The position numbers were made by a program, and so were the translations under genes. The notes under the pieces were generated by a model. The model ran no database searches. It was not told where the DNA came from and was given only the letters and a program-made list of their open reading frames with translations. Of a stretch of 64,000 nucleotides of DNA, positions 1 to 13,555 are shown one piece after another; positions within the stretch are counted from its first letter, which is position 1, and the number at the start of each line of letters is the position of its first letter. The stretch comes from the human T2T-CHM13v2.0 reference genome, Homo sapiens: assembly GCF_009914755.1 (NCBI RefSeq), contig NC_060944.1. The stretch is one strand, 5' to 3'.

Positions 1-939
<939 letters not shown>

Positions 940-940
<1 letters not shown>

Positions 941-1768
941 TGATATAGGGAAAAAACCGAAGTATTTCTTCTATTCCCTCACTCAGTAGTCAACACAGAA
1001 GACTTCTGTAACCAAATATGTGGGAGTTTTCTCTGCACACTAACCAAGCAATCAGTTTTGCAGTGGACACCAGCTGGTGTCCTCCAATTCAATTCTGATG
1101 CTATCTTCCTGGGGAGAACATCAGATCCCACAGGTTAAGGTTTCAGTCCCATGAGATTGCCCCCACTTCTATGCCAATCAAAAGCCCCACTGGCTTCTGA
1201 CCCATCAGCTGTAAGTAGGGTTTCTCACAACTCCCTTCTTGGGTTCAACTAATTTGCCGGGGAAGCTCCCAAAACTCAGGTAAACACTTTACTTACATTT
1301 ACTGGGTTATTATAAAAGATATTACAAAAAATACAGATGAAGAGATGCATTGGGTAAGGTTATGTGGGAAGGGATGTGGGACTTCCATGCCCTCTTATAT
1401 GGGCCACCTTCCAGGAACGTCCATGTATTCAGCTATCTGAAAGCCCCCAGAACCCTGTCCTTTTGGGTTTTTATGGAAGCTCCATTACATAGGCATGGTG
1501 GATTAAATCATTGGCTATTGATAATCGACTCAACCTTCAGCCTCCTCCCCTCCCCAGAAGATGGGGCATGAGCTGAAAGTCCCAATCCTCTAATGTTGCC
1601 TTGGTCTTTCCTGTGACCAGGCCCCATCCGGAAGCTACATAGAGGTTGCCAGCCATCTGTCAACTCATTAGCACACGAAATAACATCACTTTGGAGATTC
1701 CATGAATTTTAGGCTTTGTATGACAGGAAATGGGAACAAAGACCAAACATATATTTTACAATATCACA
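940..1768 (-). mobile_element. MER21-family solo LTR
   Basis: Ends gaccaaacatatattttacaatatcaca, the reverse complement of the recalled MER21 start TGTGATATTGT..; internal ggacaccagctggtgtcctccaattcaattct and cagatcccacaggttaagg motifs. Confidence 0.75.
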
Positions 1769-2098
1769 ACTTAGAGTGTACATAGGATTAAAATATACAA
1801 CAGTAGCACAGAAAAGGGGAAGAAGTAAATGAAATTAGTGTTCTAAGGTCCTGGCATTGTCTGGGAAGAGGCTAAAGTACTGATTTGTTACAGTTTGATA
1901 AAAACACATCTAATCTCTAGAAACAAAGCAGAACTACTGGGCAAGGCATGATGGCCATTTGGTGGCCGTGTGGTGGGAGTCTGCAGAAGTTCTCTTCTCG
2001 CCACTGCAATGAAGAAGAAAGCAAAGTCAAACAGAGTGAGGAAGGGAAGAGGCATTTAGAGTGTGAGGTGAGGGTGTGAAACAGGCAACCATAGATTC

Positions 2099-2502
2099 TG
2101 ATTATAAATGGTTAAGTTTAGCCTAAAGCTGCCTTCTTACATATTTTAAGTTCAGTCTCAAGGTTTCTCTGTAAACTTTCACATAGTGAACTGTAACCTA
2201 ACTGGATGTGTAAACAGACTGTAACCTACTCTTGTGCCAATCACTGACTTTCAGCCAGTCACAGGCAGCCAATTATGCTCAAATAAGGCTAATGCTGAGC
2301 TTTAACCAATCCAGCTGTTTCTGTACCTCACTTCTGTTTTCTGTATGTCACTTTGCCTTTTCTGTCCATTAATTTCTACCACATGGCTACACTGGAGTCT
2401 CCCTGAATCTATTCTGGTTCAGGGGCTGCCTGAACCAGAATTGCATGAATTGTTCTTTGCTCAATTAAAATGTTTAATTGGTCAAAGGTTTGTCTTTTAA
2501 CA
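2099..2502 (+). mobile_element. MER57-family (ERV1) solo LTR
   Basis: ttaagtttagcctaaagctgcc...gtgaactgtaacctaactggatgtgtaaacagactgtaacc...cttttaaca matches recalled MER57A/B; CCAAT boxes present. Confidence 0.85.
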
Positions 2503-3562
2503 AAGTCAAATAAAATGAAATTTGGATGAAGTTGAAAAGGATGTCAATAGCTGATAAGCCAATATAGCACTCTAGGTCAAGAGTAGGGTGCAAATTTTTC
2601 TGAAAAAATAAGTTAGGGGTTTTGGAGTATCTTTTAATGAGAACAAAAAAGAGGAGTTAAGGGACATCATTTTTTTCTCTCCAACTTCCTTATCAAGAGA
2701 ATCAGTCTGGAGCTAAGAGGGTGAAGAAGAAAGAGCCACTGCTTTGTGGCTTTGAGCAGAGGCAGCTGAGCAGAGATGAACAAACACTAATCAACAAACC
2801 AAAGACTCAGGGTTCCTCTCCAAGTCCTGCCAAACTCCCGCCTAGGTGGTCTGCTTATCCCTAAACCAGGGGATCCTGAATGCTGAGGAGAAGTGCTTCC
2901 CTAAGGGCAGAGGGCATATGGAGTTTTTGAGACAACAAACCTGAAATGAAATTCTACCCCCAAAATATGTACATTGGTTATGTAGCAATACAAAAATTTT
3001 TTTGAAAAACTTTAGGCTGTGCTAATGCAAGCGTCCATCTCCTCTCTTTATTATATTTGAAAAAACTGTAAGCACAAGGAGATGTGAATCCATTCAGAGA
3101 GGAGTAATCAACATGGGCTGTGTGCATAGACTATCAATCAAAAAGGAAGCATTAAACATACAGCACGAACAATTCATTGTTCAACTGTCCCTGCCTCCAG
3201 ATATTCCCTACCTTCTCCTGCTGGCCAAGTTAAATGATATTCTTTGCATTTCCATGTCCCCCATGCATATCTTTTCCTAACTTATCATACTGTTCCAATT
3301 TTTTTGTTTACTTGGTCACTGTTTCACTAGATTCTAAGATCCTGGAAGGCTGGTGCTGGGATTTTTATTCCATACCCTCAGTAATGAATACAGCACTTGA
3401 GCATGGCAGGCATAGATAAAAGTTGGAATAAAAGAGGAAATAATGTAATTGATAGCTGTTTAGACAACATAGGGTTAATAAAAACAGGACATGGAATCTT
3501 TCCTTCATTCACTAGATTCTCATTCCAAAAGTGAATTGAAGAATTAAGGCAATTCTCTAGGT

Positions 3563-4050
3563 CAAGGCTCTCCAGTAGAAATAAAAAGTGAGCCACATAT
3601 GTAATTTAAAATTTTCTAGAATCCACACTAAAAAGTACAAAGAAATAGATAAAATTAATCTGAACAATATATTTTATTTAACTTATGTTCCAAGTATTAT
3701 TTTAAAATATAATAGACGTTAATAATTATTAATATTTTACATATTTTTTATAGTACTAAAATTTTGAAATTGTGAATTTTCCACTTAGAGTACATTTCAA
3801 TTTGGGCCCTAAATTTATATCAGAAGTATATAATCTGTAGTTTGCGATTGTAAAATTTATGATTGAAAAGTGGATTTCATACCAGGTTGAAATATACTTA
3901 AGATTTTTCCAACAATTGAGTTAATGATGTTTTTAAATTTTAATTTAAATAAATTAAAGTGAAATAAAACTAAAAACTCAATTTCTCTGACACATTAGCC
4001 ATATTTCAAGGCTAGTAGCCACATGTTGTATTGAACAGTACATTTCTAGG
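3563..4050. mobile_element. hAT-Charlie DNA transposon (Charlie1b/MER33-like)
   Basis: gagccacatatgtaatttaaaattttctag at one end and ttagccatatttcaag..tagccacatg..gtattgaacag at the other. Confidence 0.75.
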
Positions 4051-4754
4051 TAATGCAGATCCCAAGCCATGGGTGTGCAGACAAAGATGGGTCCTTGGCA
4101 TAGAATTAATCAACCAGTTTCCTTTTTTGTTTGGTAGTGTCATTATTTTCATGAACCATATTAAACACATTTGTTCATTAAACCTGCAGACTGTCCAGTC
4201 ATAAGGAAAAAAATGGGTCAAATACTTGATTTTGCCTGTGGGGCTGAATTTAGTCACTTTGCCTGCTGCAAGTGATGTACTTTTGTATTTTTTAAGCTGT
4301 CCTGTGTGGACCTGGTGTTTTTTAAGCTTGCAGCTGCACTATTGTTAGGTCAACAATTAGCACAGTCTTTTGAGTTGCATAACAAATATACTAGCTCCCA
4401 GGAAGCAGATAGTGCCATGACAAACTTACTCCAATTTAGATGGAATCTCAATTGATATGTCCTGTTCTGTATTTGTGGTAAGATAGGGCCATAAAATAAT
4501 GTGGTACTCTTAAATGTATTTTTCAAGAAATTTTTAAGAGAGAATAAAGAGATTGAAATTATTCTCTTTCATATCAATATTTTCTGAGAAAAGGTCCAAA
4601 CTGGAAAACTAGAAAGGTCTTAGAATTGAGCCCTGTGAGTATAACTGCATTTAAGCATTAATCAAACTCTACCACTCTTGATAATTCTAGATGTCCACAA
4701 ATGGAAAATGCAAGGAAGTCACAGATAATTTAAAAACAAAGAGGCCAATATAGA

Positions 4755-6900
4755 AAAAGCCTAAAGCTAATATCATACACAATGATTAAAAATGGAAAGC
4801 TTTCCCTCTAAGATCAGGAGTAAGACAAACATGCCCATGCTTGCCATTTCTATTCAACATGGTATTGGAAGTCCTATGAGAGTAGTTAGGCAAGAAAAAA
4901 AAGTAAAATACATCTGTATTGGAAAGGAAGAAGTAAAGTTATTTGTTTGCAGATGACACTATCTTATATATAGAAAATCTTAATTCCACAAAAAAACCTC
5001 TTGCAACTAATAAACAAATTCAGCCAAATTGCAGAATACAAAATCAACATATAAAAACTAGTTGCACTTTTATAATAACTAACAATGAATAATCTGAAAA
5101 GGAAATTAAAAAAAACAATTCCACTTACAATAACATGAAAAAGAATAAAACATTTAAGGAAAAAACCTTAAGCAAGGAGGTAAAAGACTTATACACTGAA
5201 AACTAAAAAACACTGTTGAGGGAAATTAAAGAAGACACAAATACTTGGAAGGACATTCTGTATTCATGTATTGCAAGATTTAAAATTGTTAAAATGTCCA
5301 TACTACCTAAAGCATTCTACAAATGTAATGCAATCCCCATCAAAATCCCAATGGCATTTTTTTTTACAAAAGTAAAAAAAAAATCTGAAAATTCATATGG
5401 AACCACAAAGGACCCCAAATACCCAAAACAGTCTTGAGAAAGAGCAAAGCTAGTGGTGTCACACGTCTTGATTTCAAAACATATTACAAAGCTACAACAA
5501 TCAAAACAGTATGACATGGATGTAAAGACAGGCACATAGACCAAGGGAACAGAATAGAAAGCCCAGAGAATAAACCCATGTATATACGGTCAAATCATCT
5601 TCAATGAGGGTGCCAAGACTGCACAATGGGGGAAAGGATAATCTGTGTGACAAATGGTGCTGGGAAAACTGAATATCCACATTCAAAAGAATGAAATTAG
5701 ACTCTTACCTTACACCATACACAAACATCAGCTCGAAATGGATTAGAGACTTAAATGTAAGACCTGAAACTATAAAACTCTTAGAAAAAACATAGGGAAA
5801 AGATTCATAACATTTGGCTTGGCAATGATTTCTTGGATATTATATCAAAAATACAGGTAACAAAAGCAAAAATAGGCAGATGCTAATACATCAAACTACA
5901 AATCTTCTGTACAGCAAAGGAAACAATCAAAGTGAAAAGGCAATTTATGGAATGGAAGAAAATATTTGCTAGTCATATTTCTGATAAGTGTTTAGTGTCC
6001 AAAATATGTAAGAAACTTACAATTCAATAGCAAAACACCCCTGAGTAGCCTGAATAATAAGTGGGCAAATGATTTGAATAGATATTTCTTCAAAGAAGAC
6101 ATATCAGTTACCAAGAGGTATATGAAAAGATGCTCAATATGCAAATGCAAATCAAAAGCACAATAAAGCATCACCTCATACCTGTTAGGATGGGCATTAT
6201 TAAAAAAACAGAAAGCAATAAGGGCTGGTGAGGAGAAATTAGAACCCTTGTACACTGTTGATGGGAATGTAAAATGGTGCAGCCACTATGGAAAATAATA
6301 TAGAGGTTCCACAAAAAATTAAAAACAGAATTCTATATGATTCAGCAATCCTACTGTGGGTATTCATTCAAAATAATTGAAATCATGATTTCAAAGAGAT
6401 ATCTGCAATCACATGTTCATAGCGGCATCATTTACAAAAGCTAAGAGGTAGAAACAAGCTAAATGCAAATTGATGGATGAATAAATAAAGAAAATATGGT
6501 ATATACCTAAATGGAAGATTATTTATCTATAAAAAAGAAGGAGGTCCTGTCATATACTATAACATGGATGAAGCTTGAGGACATTTTGCTAAGTAAAATA
6601 AGCTAATCACAGAAGGACAAATCTTGCATGATTCCACTTAATATGAAATCTCTAGTACAACTCATAGAAACAGAGAGTAGAATTATGGTTTCTAGGAGCT
6701 TGGAGAGGGAAGAAAGGAGTTGCTGTTCAATGACTATAGAGTTTCATTCATGCAAGATGAAAACATTCTGGAGATCTGCTGTGCAACACTGTGTTTATAC
6801 TATACTGTACACTTAAAAATTTGTTAAGAGAGATGTCTAACTATATTATTTTGATTAATAATATTGTACATTTAAAAATTTGTTAAGAGGTAGCTTTTAT
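4755..6900 (+). mobile_element. 5'-truncated L1MA/L1MB element (ORF2 3' part plus 3'UTR), decayed
   Basis: ORF2 remnants ([35 protein letters not shown]) and a FADD-like tttgcagatgac. Confidence 0.9.
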
Positions 6901-6929
6901 GTGCTTTTTGCTTACCCTAAAGCACAGAA

Positions 6930-7117
6930 TTTAATTTTCATTTATTTTTTAAATTTTATTTATTATTTATTATTTTTATATTTATTTTATTATATTATTT
7001 TACAGATGAGGTCTCACTATGTTGCCCGGGCTGGGCTTGAACTTCTGGGGTCAAGTGATCTGCCTGCCTTGGCCTCCCAAAGTGATAGGATTACAGGTAT
7101 GAGCCAATGTGCCCGGC
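6930..7117 (-). mobile_element. Alu left monomer (FLAM/AluJ fragment) with decayed AT-rich tail
   Basis: gatgaggtctcactatgttgcccgggctg...gagccaatgtgcccggc preceded by a T/A-rich tract. Confidence 0.85.
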
Positions 7118-7340
7118 AGTGGAATTGCTGAATCACTGTGTAAGTGTATGACAAGCTTTGCTAGATATAGCTAAAGAGTTTTCTAATTGTCCCAATTTAC
7201 ACTCTCACCAGCCATTATGAGAGTTCCAGTCACTCCACATCTTCACCAACACTTGTTGTTTTCTGTTTTTCTTTTCTCTTTTTTTTGGCTTTTTAGCCAT
7301 TCAGCTAAGTGTATAGCAGAAAACCATGGTGGTTTAATGG
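7118..7340 (-). mobile_element. L1ME fragment
   Basis: gtggaattgctg..ccaatttacactctcaccagc..gagagttccagt..ctccacatcttcaccaacacttg. Confidence 0.7.
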
Positions 7341-7495
7341 GAGGGTTGTTCTGACTAGGATTTTTGATTAATAAGAGGCTTTACTCGACTTGCCTTCAGT
7401 AGTGGGAGCTTTGCTGTAAGGAGGCAGATGCACAGGTACTGGGTGCTGGGAAAACTGAATAGCCACATGCAAAAACTGAATATCCACACGCACCA

Positions 7496-7546
7496 TTTGC
7501 CATTCCTTTCAATGGCAAAAACCGCAATTACTTTTGTGCCAACCTA
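7496..7546. mobile_element. Partial MADE1 (Hsmar1 MITE): one full TIR and the spacer
   Basis: tttgccattcctttcaatggcaaaaaccgcaattacttttgtgccaaccta matches MADE1. Confidence 0.85.
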
Positions 7547-8849
7547 CATCGGGGCCCAGGCATGAGGCTTTGCTGTAAGATGATCAACCACTCTCTCTGT
7601 TTGTCTTCCCTTTTATCTCCTTTGTCTCTCTCTGGCAAATTTGCTCTATTTCTAGTTGAAATATGAGAAGGAGACTCTGGCTCAGCAAATCTCCTGATTT
7701 CGGGTCACAACATAAATTGTGTAATGTGCACTGGTGGCCTTGTGCCCAGGGCCAAGTCCTTTCCAGAGAATAATCTAGTGCTGTTTCCTCAAAGGGACAC
7801 TGAGGACATGGTGGGCCCAGGTGGAGAAGATGGTGGGCAAGAGTGATTTTAAAAACAATGGAAAGGAAATGTATCTTTATCTGAGTGGAGTTTGAATTTG
7901 ATGCTAGTGACAACAGGAATAATGACACAATTATTTTTATATACACACACAACATATATATACACACACATACGTGTGTGTATATTGCTTTGATCAGAAT
8001 TGGAGAAACTCAGTTAATAAAATCTTTGATTTGCCATTTTTTATCTTTGTTTAGTGAAAAGTAGGACATTAATAATTACTTCATGTCTGATGTATAGACC
8101 ATTAACAAAATATTTCAAGCAGTAGAATTCATGGGTGAAAATAATAAGAGAGTCTGTTGGTTAAAAACAAAAGGAATTTATAGCTCTATTGGAATTAAAA
8201 AAAAGGAATTTATAGCTCTATTGGAAAAAGGAGCGTGGATTATGGCCTTAGCAGAAGTGTTTGTGAATATTCTGATATATACACAATCTTTTACCTGGAT
8301 ACCTTGGTTTTTGATTGGACATTTTACATTCTATAAAGACACACTGAAGTCAGATAATTGGAGACTGGATCATATAGCTAGAACCTAATCCTCAGGATTT
8401 AAACCTCAAAATTCAAATTATCTTTCTTTAAATTCATGTTTATTTCTTGAGGAGTCCATAACAAGTAGTCAAAGAAATGGACTCTTCTAATTTCTAGTAT
8501 ATGTAGAGTGATTGGGATTTTGAGCTGTAGGAAACCTAATAGCTGGTAAACCCAACCATGGTACAATGTGACTAAAATGTTGGAGTGTTTGAGAGTCAGG
8601 AGAGTGAGACATTTGGAGAAACGTCATCGCTTCTCCACTCTGATGGATTGCTATTGTGTATCTGTCCCACAGATGTCCTGAAAAGGGCCTAGGGTCACAC
8701 TTTGTTCCCCAGATGTTTTTATCACTGTCTCCTTTCTTTTTCTGCAGGATGTCAGTGTGGGAGGACTGCTCTCTTGTCATCTTCCTCTTCCTGCCCCCAT
8801 GCCATGCTCAAGGTCTAACTGGTTATTTTTACTTGGGACATTAAAACCT

Positions 8850-9330
8850 TGTGTTCTGGTTATCTATTGCTGTGTAACAAATCAATCCAAACCTGGTGTG
8901 ATAAAACAGTTAATTGTGATGATTTTTATGGTTCTGGTGGTTGACTGAGTTTAGTGGGGCAATTTTCTTTCACTCAGGGTGTCACATGAGGTTGCAGTCA
9001 GAAAGTGGCTCTGGTTGGGATCATCTCAAAGGCTTTGTTGCTCACAGGTCTGGTGTTTGATGCTCGTTGTGGTCTCAGGCCTTAGTTGGGGCTGTTGTTT
9101 GGAATACCTACGTGTACTTTCTCCACATAATCTAGCCTTTGTCTAAGTATGGCAGTTGGGTTCTAAGAGCAAGTTTCTCAAGAGAGAGAGCCAGGCAGAA
9201 GCAGTACCACCTTTTATGATCCAGCCTTGGAAGGCACATAGCATCACTCTTGTTGTGTTCTATTGGGTGATGCAATTACGAAGGCTCACCTGGGTTCAGG
9301 GAAGGGGACATAGTCTCCACATTTGGATGT
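8850..9330 (-). mobile_element. Old MLT1 (MaLR) solo LTR
   Basis: Begins tgttctggttatctattgctgtgtaacaa, the reverse complement of the MLT1 3' end. Confidence 0.75.
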
Positions 9331-9553
9331 AAACAAAAGCCTGTTTATTCTGCAGGCAAGAGATATCACAGGCCATCAGGGCTCAAAGTTTGGCTTGCTC
9401 CGCCACATCACTCTTCTATTTTCAAGGAGTGGGCTGGAGGGATTTGTGAATAAACTTATAAAAAAGTTAGTCTCCATTAAGTTATCCTGGCACACTGACT
9501 AAATGAATTAAAATCATCTTTTGGTGGAGTGGAGTGATACGATTAAAGGTAAG

Positions 9554-10050
9554 TGTTCCAGTTGTCTATTGCAGTGTCACAAACTGCACACAAACTCAGT
9601 TGCTTAAAATAATATCAGTTTTCTTGTATAATTTTGTGGGTCAGGAATTTGGGCAGGATCAGCAGAGAAATTCTTTTGCTCTCCCTTTAGTGTTGACTAG
9701 AATCACTCTGATCTTCAGCTAGTGGCTGGGTTTGCCTGGAGGGTCCAAGATGGCTTCACTCACGTGCCTGTGCCTTGGTAGGCACGTCTGAAAGACTCGG
9801 CTCAGCTGGATCTTTCTCTTTCCACATGGTCTCGGGGCCTACCCTCAGGTCTCTCCAGCAGACCATATGGACACATCGTAACTCATCACTTCCATAGTCT
9901 ACTGGCTAATACAGTCACAATGTGTACCTAGGTTCAAGGGGACGGGGAAATACTCTACTTTTTGATAGGGAAAGGGCAAGACCACCTTTCAAAAGAGCAT
10001 ATGGAATAGGAAACATTGTTGTGGGTACTTTTGGAAAATAAAATCTACCA
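9554..10050 (-). mobile_element. Old MLT1 (MaLR) solo LTR
   Basis: tgttccagttgtctattgc..ggtcaggaatttgggcagg..gggtccaagatggcttcactcac..ttggaaaataaaatctacca. Confidence 0.75.
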
Positions 10051-10373
10051 TTTTAGGTAACAAAAAAGTTACAAAGTAGAAAAGAAAAACTGTGACTTAA
10101 ATACTAGTATTAGTGGCTCTAGACAAAGTATGACTCCAAGTGACAAGGTAATTTGCTAAATTAAAGGAATTAGGGCTGCTTAGTTCCTTACTTTTAGTCT
10201 GATCTTATTTTATTTCTTTAGCTTATTTATTGATAAGCTAAGGTATTGGGCATCTGTTATGTTTTGTCTGAAAAACTTACTTCATTTTAGGATTCCAAGC
10301 TTCAGAATTTGACTCAATGGTTTACCTAAAAGTTTTGCTTATTTTGTTTAGTTTTGACAAGAAGGGGAGTTTT

Positions 10374-10520
10374 ATCCATCTATCCATCCATCCATCCCTT
10401 CCTTCATCCATTGATTTGGTATTTATTTAGTGTCTTGTATGTACTAGACACCGTTTTAGGTGCTGTAGTTACAGCATCATCTAGTACAAAGTCCATGAGC
10501 TTATGGAATTAACATTCTCC
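10374..10520 (-). mobile_element. L2 3' end with (ATCC)n-type tail
   Basis: atccatcc repeats then tatttatttagtgtc..tgtactagacacc..taggtgctg. Confidence 0.6.
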
Positions 10521-11269
10521 ATATTTCTGGATTGGAAAGTAGCTCAGAATGAGGCAAAGCGACAGTTATGACTAATGAGAATTGGGAATAGAAAAAGAAT
10601 GTCTCTAAGACTGTAATGGTATGAGCAGAAATATTTCTCTCTTAACCAGCACATAAACACATTAGGAGAAGCCCGTTTCTTTTTATACATGTGGGAAAAA
10701 TAAAATCTATTGGTGAATGCTCAGAAAAACTCTTCTGGAAGCCTGGAGTGACTTTACATTTACCAAGAGGCTGTAAATGAAATTGCTGTGTTCACTGGGT
10801 CAGAAAAGAGAAAACAGGCCAGAAACTTGTTCTTATGAGACTAGGTGATTATTTTTGTTTGTTTGTTTGTTTCAATAGTTTCTATATTTTCCAGGACAGG
10901 GTATATACATTTTGCATGTGGGCAAATTCTGTGAAATATTTCTTATATTGGATAAATCAAACAGGCCAATGGAGGCTCATAACCTTAGGAACTTCTAGCC
11001 ATCATAAGGGTAAGACCTAAGCAAATAATTTCCCAGCAAGAATACAATTCTCAAGAAGAAACGAATTATTTACTATGGATTCATTGCAGCCTCCCACTCA
11101 AGACAGCACAGGGTCATAATTTGTGATTAACCAATAACTCTAATACTATTTAATAAGTATATTATTTTTATGTAATGCCTTAATGTGAATTTTAAACAAT
11201 ATACATTTGCACATTGTGTAGTTAACTTGCATAATTTATAATAAATTTGAATACTATATTTCCTATTTT

Positions 11270-11460
11270 AAAATATATTTTTTTATTTCAATAGCTTTAG
11301 GGGTACAAATGGTTTCTGCTTACATCAGTAAATTGTGTAGTGGTGAAGTTTGGGCCTTTTGTGTCTCCACTGCTGGAACGGTATGCAGTGTACCCAACAG
11401 GTGAATTTCTTATCCCTCGTTCCTCTTTCACCCTCCCCCTTTCTGAGTCTCCAGCATAGA
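11270..11460 (-). mobile_element. Short L1PB-like 3' end
   Basis: tttatttcaatagctttaggggtacaa..tagtggtgaagtttggg..tgtacccaacagg..ttcttatccctc. Confidence 0.75.
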
Positions 11461-11569
11461 TGACTATTCCTATCAATCTAGGTGACCTTGGGTCCTTTTT
11501 ATTCACCCAGATACTGGGGACCTTGGAATATGAGATGCTTCTGATTTTATGTTATACTACACTAATTTT

Positions 11570-12000
11570 AGAAACTTCAGAAAAGTATAAAAGAGGAAGG
11601 TAAAAATGATTCCTACTTTCACTATCCAAAGATTACCTCTACAAATACTTGGCATATTTTCTGTTTCTTTTAACAAGACATACCCACGGCCAAAGCCATG
11701 TATCTAAGAAAAGTGGGATCACATGCTATAAGCGATTCCGAGTCCTGCTTTTTTCACTTAACACTATAAAAGTATGCATTTGCCTATGTTAGTAAATGCC
11801 TCTGAAATCATGAATTTTTAATGGCTGTGTAAGACTCCATTGTATGAATATACCAACCACCATTTGGATATTTGCATCATTTCTTTTGTTATTAATACTG
11901 CCATAATAAACATCTGTGTGCATTGATGTTTGTGTGTACCTCTGATATTTTTTCCCTTAGGATAAACTCATAAAAGGGGAACTTCTTGGTTAAAGATACA
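11570..12000 (-). mobile_element. L1ME 3' fragments
   Basis: tcctgcttttttcacttaac, tttttaatggctgtgtaagactccattgtatgaatatacc, tttcccttaggataaa. Confidence 0.6.
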
Positions 12001-13057
12001 AACTTAAATGTGAGCAACTTGATCTTCTCCAGGAAGATGAAAAAAGGGGATTTGAATTTATACTAAATTAGTCCTAAAATGGCATTTGATAGTTGCATGG
12101 ATGAGAGTGTTGTCTTGTTGCCGGGAATATTATAGTAGGTTCTTACACAATTTCTTAATGAGGGGATACCTCAATGATAGTGTTCTTGAAGCTGCTTGAA
12201 ATTAGTTCAGAAACAAAGTCCTCAGTCAAACTAGAGATTATTTGTTTTGTGTTTTTGTTTCTTTTTATGATTTGCTTTTCAGTTCCCAAGTCAGAGCAAG
12301 ACAAGCAGACATGTGAATTGGAGGCTGAATCCATCACTTACAGCTGCTCTTGATAAAAGAAGAGCAGTTCCAAGTGCTTTCCTGCTGGCAGCTGCCTCCT
12401 TGCTGGCTATCATTCCTTTCCCTGTATCATCTCGCGTGTCTCATTTTGTCCAAAGTGCAGAGCCAAGAGGGCATCTGCTCTGAAGCTTGAGGCCCGCTCA
12501 CCTTATCTCTCCAGCACTGCAACCCACCAAGAGGGAGGCTTTTCTGTTCCTTTCCCCCTATCCTCCAGCCTCCGGCCCCCAACCTTTTAGCAGTTTATAA
12601 CAAGTTGCTCTCTTGTATACAGAAAAAACAGGCCCTCAACAGGATCTGAGTGTGCTGTTTGGAACTGTTTATGACTTATTTTGGACTCTCCAGGCGAGGC
12701 CATAAATACACAGTTAATCTGCCTGATAGCAAGAACAGTCACCTTGGCCCCAAGAGATTAACCACATGTGGAAACACAGAGACCCCATCCTTTCTGCACC
12801 AGCCATGCAGTGCAGCTGTCTATAAACCTGGCCCTCTGTGGAGTGGATGTGGGGACTGGTGCCCCAGCTGCTCCCTTAGGTCATTTCCTTTCCCTGCACC
12901 ATCTTTCAAACACCTAGTGCCATCCTCAATCCTTCCTTGCCTCTGAAAAATGTCTAGCAGTTGCTTAAGCCATTGGGTTGTCTCTTTTAACTTAACTTTG
13001 GAATTTCATCTTTATCATTGTGCCTTCAAAGCCTTGCCACCTCTTATTTGGTCATTT

Positions 13058-13276
13058 AGGGCTGCACTAACCCACAAGGTAGCCACTAGCCACATGTGGC
13101 TATTTAAACTTAAATAAATTTAAAAAAACCAAAGTAAAAAAAAATTAAGCTTCTCAGTCACACTAACCACATGTCAAGTGCTCAGCCCCCACATGTGGCT
13201 AGTGGCTCCTGCAGTGGATGATGCAGACATGGAACATTTCTGTCATCACAAAAGGTTCTTCCACTAGACAGAGCTG
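13058..13276. mobile_element. MER3 (hAT-Charlie)
   Basis: ggtagccactagccacatgtggctattt..cacatgtggctagtggct..gaacatttctgtcatcaca..gacagagctg. Confidence 0.85.
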
Positions 13277-13374
13277 ATTCATGACATCAACACTAAGGAA
13301 GGCTGAGGTAGGGAAATAATGACCTCTCTGCTTTGTATTTGGGACTTTTTGCCAGTCTGAGCATGGAAAAAAAT

Positions 13375-13555
13375 ATAATGGTAGCTGACATTTTCTCAGC
13401 TTTTATCATATGCCAGGCAATGCACTGAGAAGCTTTTGGGCTTGTTGAAATCCCAAAATAAGCCCACAAAGTGGAGATTATCATTCTACCTATTTTACAG
13501 GTGAGAATAAGAAAAGCTGAGCAACTCTCTCAAGATCATACAGCTGGATTTGGGG
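13375..13555 (-). mobile_element. MIR
   Basis: atatgccaggca..ctattttacaggtgaga..caagatcatacagct core motifs. Confidence 0.65.

Noticed and set aside
7496-7546. miR-548-type microRNA hairpin
   Set aside because: Only one full MADE1 arm remains, so the stem is too short.
7958-7985. 12-bp hairpin atatacacacac/gtgtgtgtatat
   Set aside because: Low-complexity CA/TG/TA microsatellite, where such symmetry is expected.
8487-8780. 97-aa minus-strand ORF in apparently unique DNA
   Set aside because: No recognisable homology, convincing splice context or pseudogene hallmarks.
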